Positions 37,477 through 48,394 of a stretch of DNA of 64,000 nucleotides are shown here, piece by piece (the first letter of the stretch is position 1; every line of letters starts with the position of its first letter). The notes below the pieces were generated by a model. It saw only the letters and a program-made list of their open reading frames with translations, had not been told where the DNA came from and made no database searches. The DNA comes from Octopus vulgaris (lineage: Eukaryota): positions 159,526,001 to 159,590,000 of the forward strand of contig OX597814.1 of NCBI GenBank assembly GCA_951406725.2, written 5' to 3'. Position numbers and translations under genes: made by a program.

Positions 37477-40093
37477 ACTCTTTTACTCTTTTACTCTTTT
37501 ACTTGTTTCAGCCATCCGGCTGAGGCCATGCTGGGGCACCGCCCTTGTTGCTACCCTCTCTAAGTCCAGTTTGCCGTGGCTGGCCACTGATCTAAGAGAG
37601 AGTTTGTAGCTGCTGCCCTTAGGTTACCTTCGTACCTTGCAGTGGGTTCATCTGGGATCCCGGAAAGCAGCTTGTCTAGATGTTTTTTGAAAATGTCCAC
37701 ATCCGCATCATGTAGATCTCTTAGTTTTCTTGGCAGTTTGTTGAAAAGCTGAGGGCCCCTGAACCCCAGGCTATTACAGTATCTGCTCCTTACCCTGGAT
37801 GTGGAAGACGGGACCTTTGGCACCACACAGTGACGTCCTGTACGGGGATTGGAACAGCTCTCAATTCCAAAATTTGGTGCTAGTCCCTCCAGGATTTTCC
37901 ATATGTATATCACTGCATATCTCTCTCGTCTTCGTTCCAAGGAGTACAAATTGAGTTCCCTAAGCCTCTCCCAATAGTTCTTTTCTTTCATGGTGGAAAT
38001 CCTCTTGGTGAAATGTCTTTGGATTGTCTCAAGCTCTGTGGTTAGTTTGACACTATGCGGTGACCACAGTTGGGAGCAGTAGTCCAGGCGGCTTAGGACA
38101 AATGTCCTCCATAGTGTCAACATGGTGTCGCAGTCTCTTGTCCGGAATGTCCTCAGGATCCAGCCAGTGAGTCGTCTGCACATTGTCGCCACCTTCGCGA
38201 TGTGTGAAGAAAAAGATGCATCGTCACTCATGTCTATCCCCAGGTCCCGTATTGATTTCGATACTGGGATTTCGATCCCTCCTGGACCAGTATAGTTGTG
38301 TTGTAATGTATATGTGTTTACAGCTTGATATTGTAAGGCTTGAAATTTACCAGCATTAAATTGCATGTTGTTGTCTTCAGCCCATTTGTATATGGCATCC
38401 AGATCTTGTTGTAAAAGGTCAGCATCAGCTGGGTTTTTGATTGCCTGTGCTACCTTTGTGTCATCAGCATAGCTAGTGAGGGATGTTGTTTGTGCTACCA
38501 AGGGCATGTCAGAGAGCGCCACCAAAAACAGCAAGGGTCCCAAGACTGTGCCCTGTGGCACCCCGCTTGCTATTGGTGTCTTTCCCGAGAGGGCTCCATT
38601 GGCTGCAACCATCTGGCTTCTGTCCTTCAGGAAGTCATGTATCCACTCACCTACTTTTCCTGTTATGCCGAGTCTGAGTAATTTGTGACATATCACTCCG
38701 TGGTCGACTTTGTCAAAGGCCTTCGCAAAGTCGAGATATACCACATCCACCTGTGAGCGATCCAGTAGTTGTTTCAGTACCCAGTCGTAGTGTTGTAACA
38801 GCTGCGTAAGGCAGCTTCTTCCTGGGCGAAAGCCATGCTGTGTGTCAGTGAGACGGTTAGTTTCTTCGAGGAACGTGATCAGTTTTTTCTGATGATTCGT
38901 TCCATGACCTTACTTATGTGTGACGTCAGGGAGACTGGCCTGTAGTTTTTGGCCTCTGCTCTACTCCCTCCTTTGTGGATAGGGCATATGGTGCCTTCTT
39001 TTAGCGCCCTGGGCAGTTTACCGTTAGCCAAGGAACCACTGAAGAGCTTCTTCAGTGGTCCCGCTAGGGCATGCCTGCATGCTTTTAGGAGGACTGCTGG
39101 GAATCCATCTGGTCCAGCAGCTGAGTTTATTCTCATTTCTTCTATGGCAGATATTACATCCCTCTCTGTTATGTCTATGTGGTCGATGGTTGTTGTTTGG
39201 TTTTGGAGTGTTGTGGCATCAAAGAAAACTTCTGGGTTTGTGATTTGCATGTGCCCCAGAGGGGATGTGAACACACTTTTATACTGTTCCTTTAGTATTT
39301 CACTTATCCCTTGGGGGTCCTCAGTTAGAGAGCCCTTTTTATCAAAGAGTGGGCCAATCTTGCAGTGTACCGAGGTGGTTTCTTTCGCAAATTTAAAGAA
39401 GGCTTTAGGGTTTGTTTTAATATTCTCTATGGCCCTGGCTTCTCTCTCTGCCCTCTCCTTCTCATAGGAAAGTTTGAGTGCAGTTTCCGTTTCAAAAAGT
39501 TTCAGGTGGAGTCCCTCATTGTTTCTCTGCCGTGCATTCAGTTGCTTCGAGAGCTTAGCTCTTCGCCTCATAAGTATTTTCCTGTCTCTGGGAATAACGT
39601 TCCTATGCCCGCTGGCTTTTTTCTCCGGGACAAACTTATGGCATATGTTCTGTATTGTTGTCATGAAATGTTGGAAATGTGTGTTGGTGTCTTGTGTGGT
39701 GATGAAGTCACTCCAGTCATGTTTTCGGATCTCTTCGTTGATCTTCTTCCAGTTTGCCTTATGGAAGTTTAGACTGGATAGGCCTGTGGTATTTTCTAAT
39801 GGCTGCGTCTCAACTAACTCTCTCATACCATATATCATTACCTCTACTAAGTTGTGATCTGAGAGAATTGTTGGTGTTACCATTATGTTGTGGATGAGCA
39901 TCGGGTTGCTTGTGAAACAGAGGTCCAAGACATTCTCACCTCTTGTTGGCCAAAGCACTGCTTGCTCCATGAAAAACTTGCGTGTGAGAGCCAACAAGGA
40001 CTCTGTCTGTCTCTGTTCAAGTGATGTCATTCCAGCGAGGAGATGGCCATCTGGCCATTTGACTTTCGGAAGGTTAAAATCTCCCAGCAGTAG
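37477..40093 (-). mobile_element. 5'-truncated CR1-group LINE (end of APE domain plus complete RT), single frameshift
   Basis: [14 protein letters not shown] and SDH (APE); GPDGFP, NYRPVSLTS, QHGFRPGRSC, YLDFAKAFDKV, GVPQGTVLGPLLF and YADD (RT); 3' (GTAAAAGA)n tail; frameshift in an A-run at about 38885. Confidence 0.93.
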
Positions 40094-40094
40094 A

Positions 40095-40139
40095 ATGTAT
40101 ATGTATATATATATGTGTGTGTGTGTATGTATGTATGTA

Positions 40140-40206
<67 letters not shown>

Positions 40207-40287
40207 GTATGTATGTATGTATGCATGTATGTATGTATGTATGTATGTATGTATGTATGTATGTATGTATGTATGTATGTATATGTA
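40095..40287. repeat. (TA)n/(TATG)n microsatellite
   Basis: Direct read. Confidence 0.95.
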
Positions 40288-40393
40288 TAAAACAACAGGA
40301 TTTCACTGCCGGCAGATGTAAGAGTGAATTTCTAGAGCGACACAGAAGAGATTTGCAACTTTCAGGATATTTCTACTGCATTGGGTTCGAATA

Positions 40394-40975
40394 TTACAAA
40401 GCTGTTACCAAGCTATGAGACACGAATGTAATTCTACTTTGACCAAGTCTAAGTCATCCGTTCACTATGCTTCCTCTATGATCACAACTTCCTAAGGTAC
40501 CCTTGCCTATTATCCAATACAACACCTGTACATTCATCAGATGTAGGCTCTATAACCACTTAACTGCTACAATTGCTACTATATACACTAGTTCATCTTC
40601 TAAAACTCTGTTTATCTCATGCATTGCATATGTCCATCCAGACCATAGTCAACAACTATAACAGAATTTATGAATCAAATTTCTCCAGCTACAGCGATCA
40701 TCAACTAGCTGATACCATTTGTCTGTTGGGATAGACAGATATTTCAGGTTCCGCTTGACAGTGTCCTTGAGTCTCAGTATGGACTTACCAATGTTTCGGT
40801 AGTTATCTGCCAGTTGCGAAAACATGATTTTCTTTGGGAGTCTATCATCGCCAAGTCTTGTTGTATAATCTGTCCAACGGAGATTTATTTGCATCAAGAG
40901 TTATTGCATAGATTGAAATCCAGTCTTCCTGAGGACTTCGGAGTTTCAGATATGTTGTTGCCGTCATTGGTAAGT
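40394..40975 (-). mobile_element. RTE LINE 3' fragment
   Basis: LRWTDYTTRLGDDRLPKKIMFSQL..RNIGKSILRLKDTVKRNLK..DRCSWR. Confidence 0.8.
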
Positions 40976-41430
40976 GATGCCAAGACACCCTCAGCCTTCT
41001 TGGAAATTTTAGCAATGTGTTTTGTCCAATGCAGATCGGTGTCGACAAAAATGCCCAGGTCACGTTCAAAAGAAGACTTTTTGACATTAGTGTTGTGGAG
41101 GGAGTAAGTAGACACTGGGTTTTTCCTCCCAAAATGCATGGTGGTACATTTGTCCACAGCCAGCTTGAGTTGCCAGTCCATGATCCACTGCTGCATTGTG
41201 TCCAGGTCTAATTGCAATAAAGATCTATAGTGTACAGGATCTGTTCTCTTTATTTCGAGGTACAACTTGATGTCATCTGCATATTTCAGCACTGTGGCAG
41301 TCTTTAAGTTGGCATCTATGTCATTAACATATGCAACAAATAAAAGGGGGCCAAGAACAGATCCCTGTGGCACACCAGATGTCATCTCAGAGGGCGAAGA
41401 GTGCTGTCCTTGAACTGTGACAACATCTTT
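40975..41430 (-). mobile_element. CR1-group RT fragment (second family)
   Basis: SGVPQGSVLGPLLFVAYVND, KYADDIKL and ERDLGIFVD motifs. Confidence 0.88.
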
Positions 41431-41939
41431 TCGGCCGATTATGATCATAATAGCTCTCAAATGTCGCATATATTCACTATATACAATTTCAAATGGTAAT
41501 GATCTAAATGTTTCCACTGGGAAGAATAATGTCTTAAATCTTTTATCGAAGATATATTTGACCTTTCGGAGTTATACATGATGCAGGTGAATTGAAACTG
41601 GATCAACTACACCGTGGAAGAGTCATTCTCGCTATTTAATAACAAACAGCAGTAAAATCTACTTTAAGTATGTTTCATGAGTTGCAGTAGAAATGTGTTT
41701 GTAATCAGGCCGCAGTTGTGCAACGAAAATTTTGATACTTCATTAAATAAGTTTAATTTTATAGTGAACTTAATATCTTTGCTTCATTAAATGACTAGAA
41801 TGGGTTTTTTTAACGATATTTTTTTGGCTTTTTCTTTTATAAATATTTAATTCAATCTTTATTTTGTGGGTTTGAAAAATTGATTATTTGATTTCGATAA
41901 ATACATTTCTTCTAACATTAATACGGCATTCACATACAG

Positions 41940-42160
41940 GCATCCATCCATCCATCCATCCACCCATCCATCCATCCATCCATCCACACACACACGCACA
42001 CATACATACATACATACATACATACATACATACATACATACATACATACATACATGCATGCATGCATACATGCATACATACATACATACATGCATACATA
42101 CATACATACATACATACATACATACATACATACATACATACATACATACATACATACGTA
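41940..42160. repeat. (CATC)n(CATA)n microsatellite
   Basis: Direct read. Confidence 0.95.
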
Positions 42161-42529
42161 AGTACCTACATGCATTCGTAAAGACATGTATATGGCTAGC
42201 AACCTTCAGAATTCCAAATACAACTTTCTGTTGTTCCTTCATTGAATATTTCTACAATATTTATTTTCCGTCCATTCCTACATCAAAGACGATTGAGCTA
42301 AAAAGTACTCCATTTCGGGTGAATCCAAATCTCTTACCTTTTCTGATTTATGGATCCGCCAAAGGAAAAAAAACTCTGTAACTCGCGTAAAAATAAATCG
42401 CTCTTCTCGCGACTGAATGCAAATCAGGAATCATTCTCCGAGGAAATATAATTCCTTATGTTTATTTTGTGAGTGTTTAGAACAAAGTGGAATACACATT
42501 ATAGAGTTACACTTTATCATCTTAACTTC

Positions 42530-42970
42530 AATGAGTGCAGGCGACTTCTCTAGCTGTTGCTGATTTCGTAAGTATAGGTGTCATTCATAAATGAAACTGG
42601 CTTTTACAAGCGCAGTTGCCTTTATGGCTGACTTCTACAAATGTTGTTGACTTTCATAAGCAAAGGTCTCATAATGGCAGTTAGTGTAACCAATACAGAA
42701 AGCTGACTTTTATACGTGCTGTTGAGTTGTACAAACGCAGTAGACTTTTTCAAGTGCAGATGGCATGAATATGTGCTTCAGATTTTATAAGTGCAGCAGT
42801 TTATAACAAGTGCAACTGACTTATAAAACAGCTGGCTTTTACAGGTGCAGACGACTTCTACAACATGCGCAGCGGAATTTCACATCTACTATTGACTTTG
42901 ATAGCAAGGGAAGCAAATTTTCACCACAAAGTGATTGGCCCCAGCAAAATGTGCAGTAGACTTTCACAGT
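42530..42970. repeat. Degenerate minisatellite, about 19-20 bp unit (approximate consensus ACAAGTGCAGTTGACTTTT)
   Basis: acaagcgcagttgccttt, acaaatgttgttgacttt, acaaacgcagtagacttt, acaagtgcaactgactt, acaggtgcagacgacttc. Confidence 0.65.
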
Positions 42971-42999
42971 TATATCAGCTCAAGAAGACAAACCGCGAC

Positions 43000-43036
<37 letters not shown>

Positions 43037-43064
43037 CACACACACACACACAAACAAACACACA

Positions 43065-43140
<76 letters not shown>
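43000..43140. repeat. (GACA)n(CA)n microsatellite
   Basis: Direct read. Confidence 0.95.
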
Positions 43141-43896
43141 ACAGAAACAGCAACATATATTTAAGTATATGTGATTATTTTAAATACAAATTTATTTTTA
43201 GTCCTCTAAATATAACTTTCAATATCGTATTTAATTCCCATGTCTTTCACTTTGAAAACTTCATTTTTATACCAACCCTAATATTGGGTTCCTTGGCTGC
43301 TGCTTAAATCGACGTTCTTCTAACACTAAGTTTATGAGAATGTACATGTTAACTTGTTAGTCTTTCACAGAAGTAAATGTTCTCACGAGTTCTTGTATCT
43401 GTTACAGTTAAACTCAGACAAATAACATAAATAGAAGTATCAAAAACATAACGATACGACCCTAATATATTTTTACTCATAATCCATGAACTAGTACTTT
43501 AAAACATTTTTTGACTCAGATATTTCCTTTCTGCCGTCTGCTGAGAATGGTTGGCTGTTTTAGATGCGCATGCAGTCTAACATAAGATACAGTGATATTC
43601 TGAAAAGAAGAGTGACGGTAGCCGCTCGGCTTGTATCTTCACTCACGTCCTGTGTCTTTGAGGTTACTTGTATTTGGTCTCGTGGCGATAAATGTTTTTG
43701 TGGTTTAGCGCTTAGCCCCTATCGAGCAGGCTTATTGAAGATACTACCATGACCATGTCTTCTATTTCAGACACTATTTATCTAGAAAACAGTTTAATGT
43801 GTTCTTTCCTTCCAAGCGAAGTCATCCATGATTTGCAATATTGCAAGGTTGTTACATTTTCTTTACTCATTCCATCTTAACATTTTCTTCCCATTT

Positions 43897-44100
43897 AAGG
43901 TGGTGAACTGAAAGAATCGTTAGCATGCCAGGCAAAATGCTTAGCGGCATTTCGCCCGCCTTTACGTTCTGAGTTCAAATTCCACCGGGATCGACTTTGC
44001 CTTTCATCCTTTCGAGGTCGATAAAATAAGTACCTGTTGAACATTGGGGTCGATTTAAGCAACTTGGCCCCTCCCCCAAACTTGTGCCAAAATTTGAAAG
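43897..44100 (+). mobile_element. tRNA-derived SINE
   Basis: aaggtggtgaactg..gttagcatgcc..ctgagttcaaattcc..gcctttcatcctttcg. Confidence 0.88.
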
Positions 44101-44974
44101 CAATATATTCTTCCAAGTGAGTGATTTTCTAGGCACTCACACAATGTCGCAATTTTTATTTCATCTATTTTTTTTTCCATTTTGCATTTTGACCGTTTCA
44201 ATCACAATTTTGTTTATTTCACAACTATATGTAAAAATAAGTTTACATTTTATTAGATCAGTATTGTGAAGGTTTTGATATTTTTTATATTTGACGTTTT
44301 GTTTCTCATTGTGTTAATAACTGTGGCTACGAAAACAGTATTATCTTTCTTTTGGCTCAGACTACTATATGTTTTCATTAGATGAATTAAAGTTTAATAT
44401 AAAAGGAAGAAAATTGTTTTATCATGTCTTGATTATGGCACAAAAAAATCTCAATATTAATTAGCCAAGCATTATACTATGCAGTGTGTATTCTTATATA
44501 AAAAGACATTATTTTTAGCTCACAGGTCAACATCACAATTACCATACTTAAACACTGTGACTTCATACAAATATGCTATTTGTAGAAACCTATATTGTTA
44601 ATGACTTTATTGATATTTTAGTTATCATTGTGAAACTGTTTTCGTTCTCTCTTTTACCTAATATCATACTTTGAAGATTTGTCATATTTATTTATTACCC
44701 ACCCAAACTACGTTTATTCTTATCCAGTCTCAATAACAAGTAACATGACATTCTTTCGGTATGGTCTATTAGTGACATCAATTTATATAGTTTTTAATCA
44801 ATATTCAGAAGATAATCAAAGACTAAAATATCACTAAATTCTTCGTCGTAAAACTACTAATTTATGGAATATAGCACTACGTTTCTATTTCATACGCCAC
44901 TGTATTAATAAGTAACGATAAGGCAATGGTATATTTCCAAACTTCATAAATCTTGTTTGTATATTCTTTATTAT

Positions 44975-45296
44975 GAAGGCACATGGCTCAGTGGTTAGAG
45001 CGTCGAGGTTGTGAGTTCGAATCCCGGACCGGACTGCGTGTTGTGTTCTTAAGCAAGACACTTTATTTCACGTTGCTCCAGTTCACTCAGCTGTAGAAAT
45101 GAGTTGCGACGTCACAGGTGCCAAAGCTGTATCGGCCTTTGCCTTTCCCTTGGATAAGATCAGTGGTGTGGAGAGGGGAGGCTGGTATGCATGGGCAACT
45201 GCTGGCCTTCCACAAACAACCTTGCCCGGACTTGTGCCTCGGAGAGTAACTTTCTAGCTGCAATCCCATGGCCAGTCATGACCGAAGGTGGTCTCA
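44975..45296 (+). mobile_element. tRNA-derived SINE (second family) with target-site duplication
   Basis: A/B boxes; flanked by atattctttatt at 44961-44972 and 45298-45309. Confidence 0.92.
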
Positions 45297-45367
45297 GATA
45301 TTCTTTATTGTGATGTTATTTCTACTGTGACTTCATGTTAATTACTATTATTTTTAGTTCCACATTT

Positions 45368-45770
45368 AAGGCAACGAGCCAGCAGAATCGTTTGCACGCC
45401 GGACAAAGTCGGTAGTGATATCTCATCTAGCTCTTTAACTTTTGAGTTCAAATTCCATCACTGTCGGCTTTGTCTTTCTTCTCTTTCGAAATCGATAAAG
45501 TAAGTACTGGGACCGGTTTTCTTTTTCCCCTCGAAAATGTTGAGCTTCCGTCAAAATTAGAAAGAATTATTTTAGCACCTCCTTGAAAGAACCGCTGGAG
45601 TGTCGAACAAAATGCTTTGTGATTCTTAGATATGGTTCATTAAGCTATCAGTTCAAATCCTTTCTGAGTCGACCTTGTTTTTTTTAACGTTCTGGGGTAG
45701 GGGGAGCTGATAAAATAAGTACAAAGCAAATATTGGGATCGATATAATCGATTGTTCTCTCATTTGTGAA
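45368..45770 (+). mobile_element. Two old SINE copies
   Basis: aaggcaacgagccagcagaatcgtttgcacgccgg..gagttcaaattcc, followed by a second more decayed body. Confidence 0.65.
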
Positions 45771-46414
45771 TTTATGTCAGTGTAAAAACTGTGTAATACA
45801 GTTACCTGTATTATCATCATTACTAAACCCTAATTCTTTTTCGTAATTCTTGAATGGTACTAACATTTTAGTATTTCATTCTGCAAAATTTATTAATAAA
45901 GACAAATTTATATATTTCAAAGAGCAGCAAACAATGTGGAAAATTTCAAATGTTGAATGTGTAGCATCAATTTCTAATCATAAAAAGTGTCAAAATGCAT
46001 ATAATCCTATGCCATCAATTTAATTCTATTACCTATTGCTCCTATTTTCTGTATCACATATAACCACTTTTTCATACAGTGGAAACAAATAGAATATGGG
46101 AGAAGTGTTGAAGTAATTAAATTAGTATAATAATAAAGGAATGTATATTTTCAAAGATCAATGTCAGTTGTGGAAAGGATGTTATTACAATTCTGCTTAA
46201 ATCACTGAAAAGCAGTTATTGCTAAGGCATAACCATAGATTGTATGTTAATGACTATGAGTGACCCTATGTGATTACTCACAAAATGCTATAAAACATCT
46301 TGAATTTATCAATACTAATAAAAGAGAAGAGAAATATTGCGAATGATGATGAAAACAAAAAGTGTTACGGGTATTGCTTCATAATATTTTATGAGAGATA
46401 AAGAAATATTGTAA

Positions 46415-46740
46415 ATTCTGTTGTGTCTGGGGAGAGTCGTTTTTTTTGTGCCTTATAATGTAACATACTCACCGGTAAAATTTCCACTTTTTTCTTAATT
46501 TTATTTTCCTAAACTTTTCGTTGACTCTCAGAGACTCTTAGAGAGTCAATACTATTGAAAAGGTTGCAGACGCAACGGAAATTATAGGGAAAATAAAAAT
46601 AAGAAATAAGTGGAAATTTTACCGGTGAGTGTGTTACATTATAAGGCACAAAAAGAAAATGACTCTCCCCAGACACAACAGAATATGCTTCAACACACGA
46701 ACTCATATAAAGAATCTTGCAAACCAAATCCAAAAACGAA
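46415..46740. mobile_element. Palindromic short element just 3' of the reflectin polyA signal
   Basis: 46415-46523 is inverted relative to 46573-46685 (arms of about 110 bp). Confidence 0.85.
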
Positions 46741-46796
46741 ATATTGTAAAGATAACTTTAAAATACAATATAAGACATCATATGCTGCAACAAAAT

Positions 46797-46802
46797 TTTA
46801 TT
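46797..46802 (-). terminator. Putative polyadenylation signal AATAAA of the reflectin mRNA
   Basis: tttatt on the plus strand, about 115 nt after the stop codon; first AATAAA downstream of the stop. Confidence 0.55.
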
Positions 46803-46917
46803 GATATAAATTTAAATGTGTTCGAATACTGAGGACGTTAAAAAAATGTGTCAAGTTTCCAATTAACATTAGCCAGTAGAATTTCCGAAAAGTTTTGTCG
46901 TTTGTCTGATTACAAAA

Positions 46918-48183
46918 TTAAAATCTGTGCATGTTCATCCAGCGCCCATTGAAGTCCATCTCGTAGTGAGACATATCAAAGAATCTTTCTGGGTAGTCGT
47001 GGAACCTATGTCCCCAGTTGTAGTTATAGTGGGGATAATAATTATAGTAGTGGCTCCCTCTGTGGTAATGGTTATAACCAAAGAAAGGATAGGAGTATTG
47101 ATTGTACATGTCCATCCAGTTACCGTCGAAATCCATTTGGTAATGGGACATATCATTGAACATGTCGTAATAGTTGTGGTACCTATGTCCCCAACTGTAA
47201 CTGTTACCCGAATGATGATAACCGTTGGAGCCATTGAATGAATGGAAAGGTTGATAGCCATGACCATACATGTTCATCCAGTGACCATTGAAGTCCATCT
47301 GGTAGTGGGACATATCAAAGTATCTTTCTGGGTAGTTGTAAAATCTATGTCCCCAGCTGTAGTTAGAGTGGGGATAATAATTGTGGTAGTGGCTCCCCCT
47401 ATAGTAATGGTTGTGACCAAAGAAAGGATGGGAGTAATGATTATACATATCCATCCAATGACCATTAAAATCCATCTGGTAATGGGACATATCCATGGAT
47501 CTCTCGGGATGGTACATATGCAGGAAATTCATATATGGATAATTCATATAACGCCTGTAATAGTTGTCATATGGACTACAGTGACGTCCGTATCTGTCCA
47601 TATATTGGCCATTCATGTCCATTTGGTAGTGGGACATATCCATGAATCTCTCGGGATGGTACATATGAAAGGAATTCATATATGGATAATTCATATAACG
47701 CCTGTAATAGTTGTCATATGGACTACAGTGACGTCCGTATCTGTCCATATATCGGCCATTCATGTCCATTTGGTAGTGGGACATGTCCATGTATCTCTCA
47801 GGATAGAACCCATAACGACCATTGTAGTAGCTAGAGTTGTAGCCATGTCTTGAAGAATTGAACATGTAGGAGTAGGGGCTAGAGTAGTGTCCGTGCATGT
47901 CCATCCACCTTCCATACATGTCCATCTGATAACCGGACATATCCATAAACATATCTGGGAAATCCATGAAATAATCAAATCTATGGAACCTATCGAAATC
48001 ATGGAAACCGTGATAGTTGTACATAGATCTACCATAGTACCTGTCTTGGTCATGATATCTCCCATCGAAGCCGTAGGATCTGGGATCAACCATTCTTCCA
48101 TAAGAATCCATGTATCTGCCATGGAAGTCCATTGACATCATGTGCATTGGTTCCATTCTACCGTTGTATCTGTGTCCGTACAT
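46918..48183 (-). CDS. reflectin: Reflectin (cephalopod structural-colour protein), 421 aa, single coding exon
   Basis: N-terminal motif MEPMHMMSMDFHGRYMDSYGRMVDP and seven PER(Y/F)(M/F)DMSxYQMDxxGx(W/Y)MD-type repeats; rich in M/Y/R/H/D; no K, A, T or I. First ATG at 48183, preceded by an in-frame TGA and acceptor taatttcag| at 48231. Confidence 0.97.
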   Translation of the reverse strand: MYGHRYNGRMEPMHMMSMDFHGRYMDSYGRMVDPRSYGFDGRYHDQDRYYGRSMYNYHGFHDFDRFHRFDYFMDFPDMFMDMSGYQMDMYGRWMDMHGHYSSPYSYMFNSSRHGYNSSYYNGRYGFYPERYMDMSHYQMDMNGRYMDRYGRHCSPYDNYYRRYMNYPYMNSFHMYHPERFMDMSHYQMDMNGQYMDRYGRHCSPYDNYYRRYMNYPYMNFLHMYHPERSMDMSHYQMDFNGHWMDMYNHYSHPFFGHNHYYRGSHYHNYYPHSNYSWGHRFYNYPERYFDMSHYQMDFNGHWMNMYGHGYQPFHSFNGSNGYHHSGNSYSWGHRYHNYYDMFNDMSHYQMDFDGNWMDMYNQYSYPFFGYNHYHRGSHYYNYYPHYNYNWGHRFHDYPERFFDMSHYEMDFNGRWMNMHRF

Positions 48184-48394
48184 GATGGAATACAAAAACT
48201 GGTTACCAATCTCTGTAAGTTCAATTCAAGCTGAAATTAGAAAATATGTGAGTGAGTTACTGAAAAATTACACAATATATATCTGAAAAATTTTATGGTT
48301 TGCATTTTATTCCCGTCAATGTGCTCTTTACAAATCTACGTATCTATACAGGCAAACAGATAACACACAGATAACGTATAACTTCGCACAAATT

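Noticed and set aside
36356-37609. MYVC/HTYI-repeat ORFs (also near 8100, 40100, 42000, 49300 and 61100)
   Set aside because: Translations of (TATG)n, (CA)n and (TA)n microsatellites
43545-43580. TGCGCATGC NRF1-like motif as a promoter
   Set aside because: Single imperfect motif with no linked exon or CpG island
47918-47950. FMDMSGYQ motif as evidence of a bacterial-transposon origin of reflectin
   Set aside because: It is the known reflectin core peptide; no bacterial IS sequence or TIRs are visible around the gene, so the window adds no evidence
46927-48135. Plus-strand ORFs (104, 203 and 82 aa) and alternative minus frames overlapping reflectin
   Set aside because: Shadow ORFs caused by reflectin's restricted, repetitive codon usage; no independent coding signal
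48184-48195. ORF-track start at TTG giving MYSI before MYGH
   Set aside because: Non-ATG start; in a eukaryote the first ATG at 48183 is the likely start
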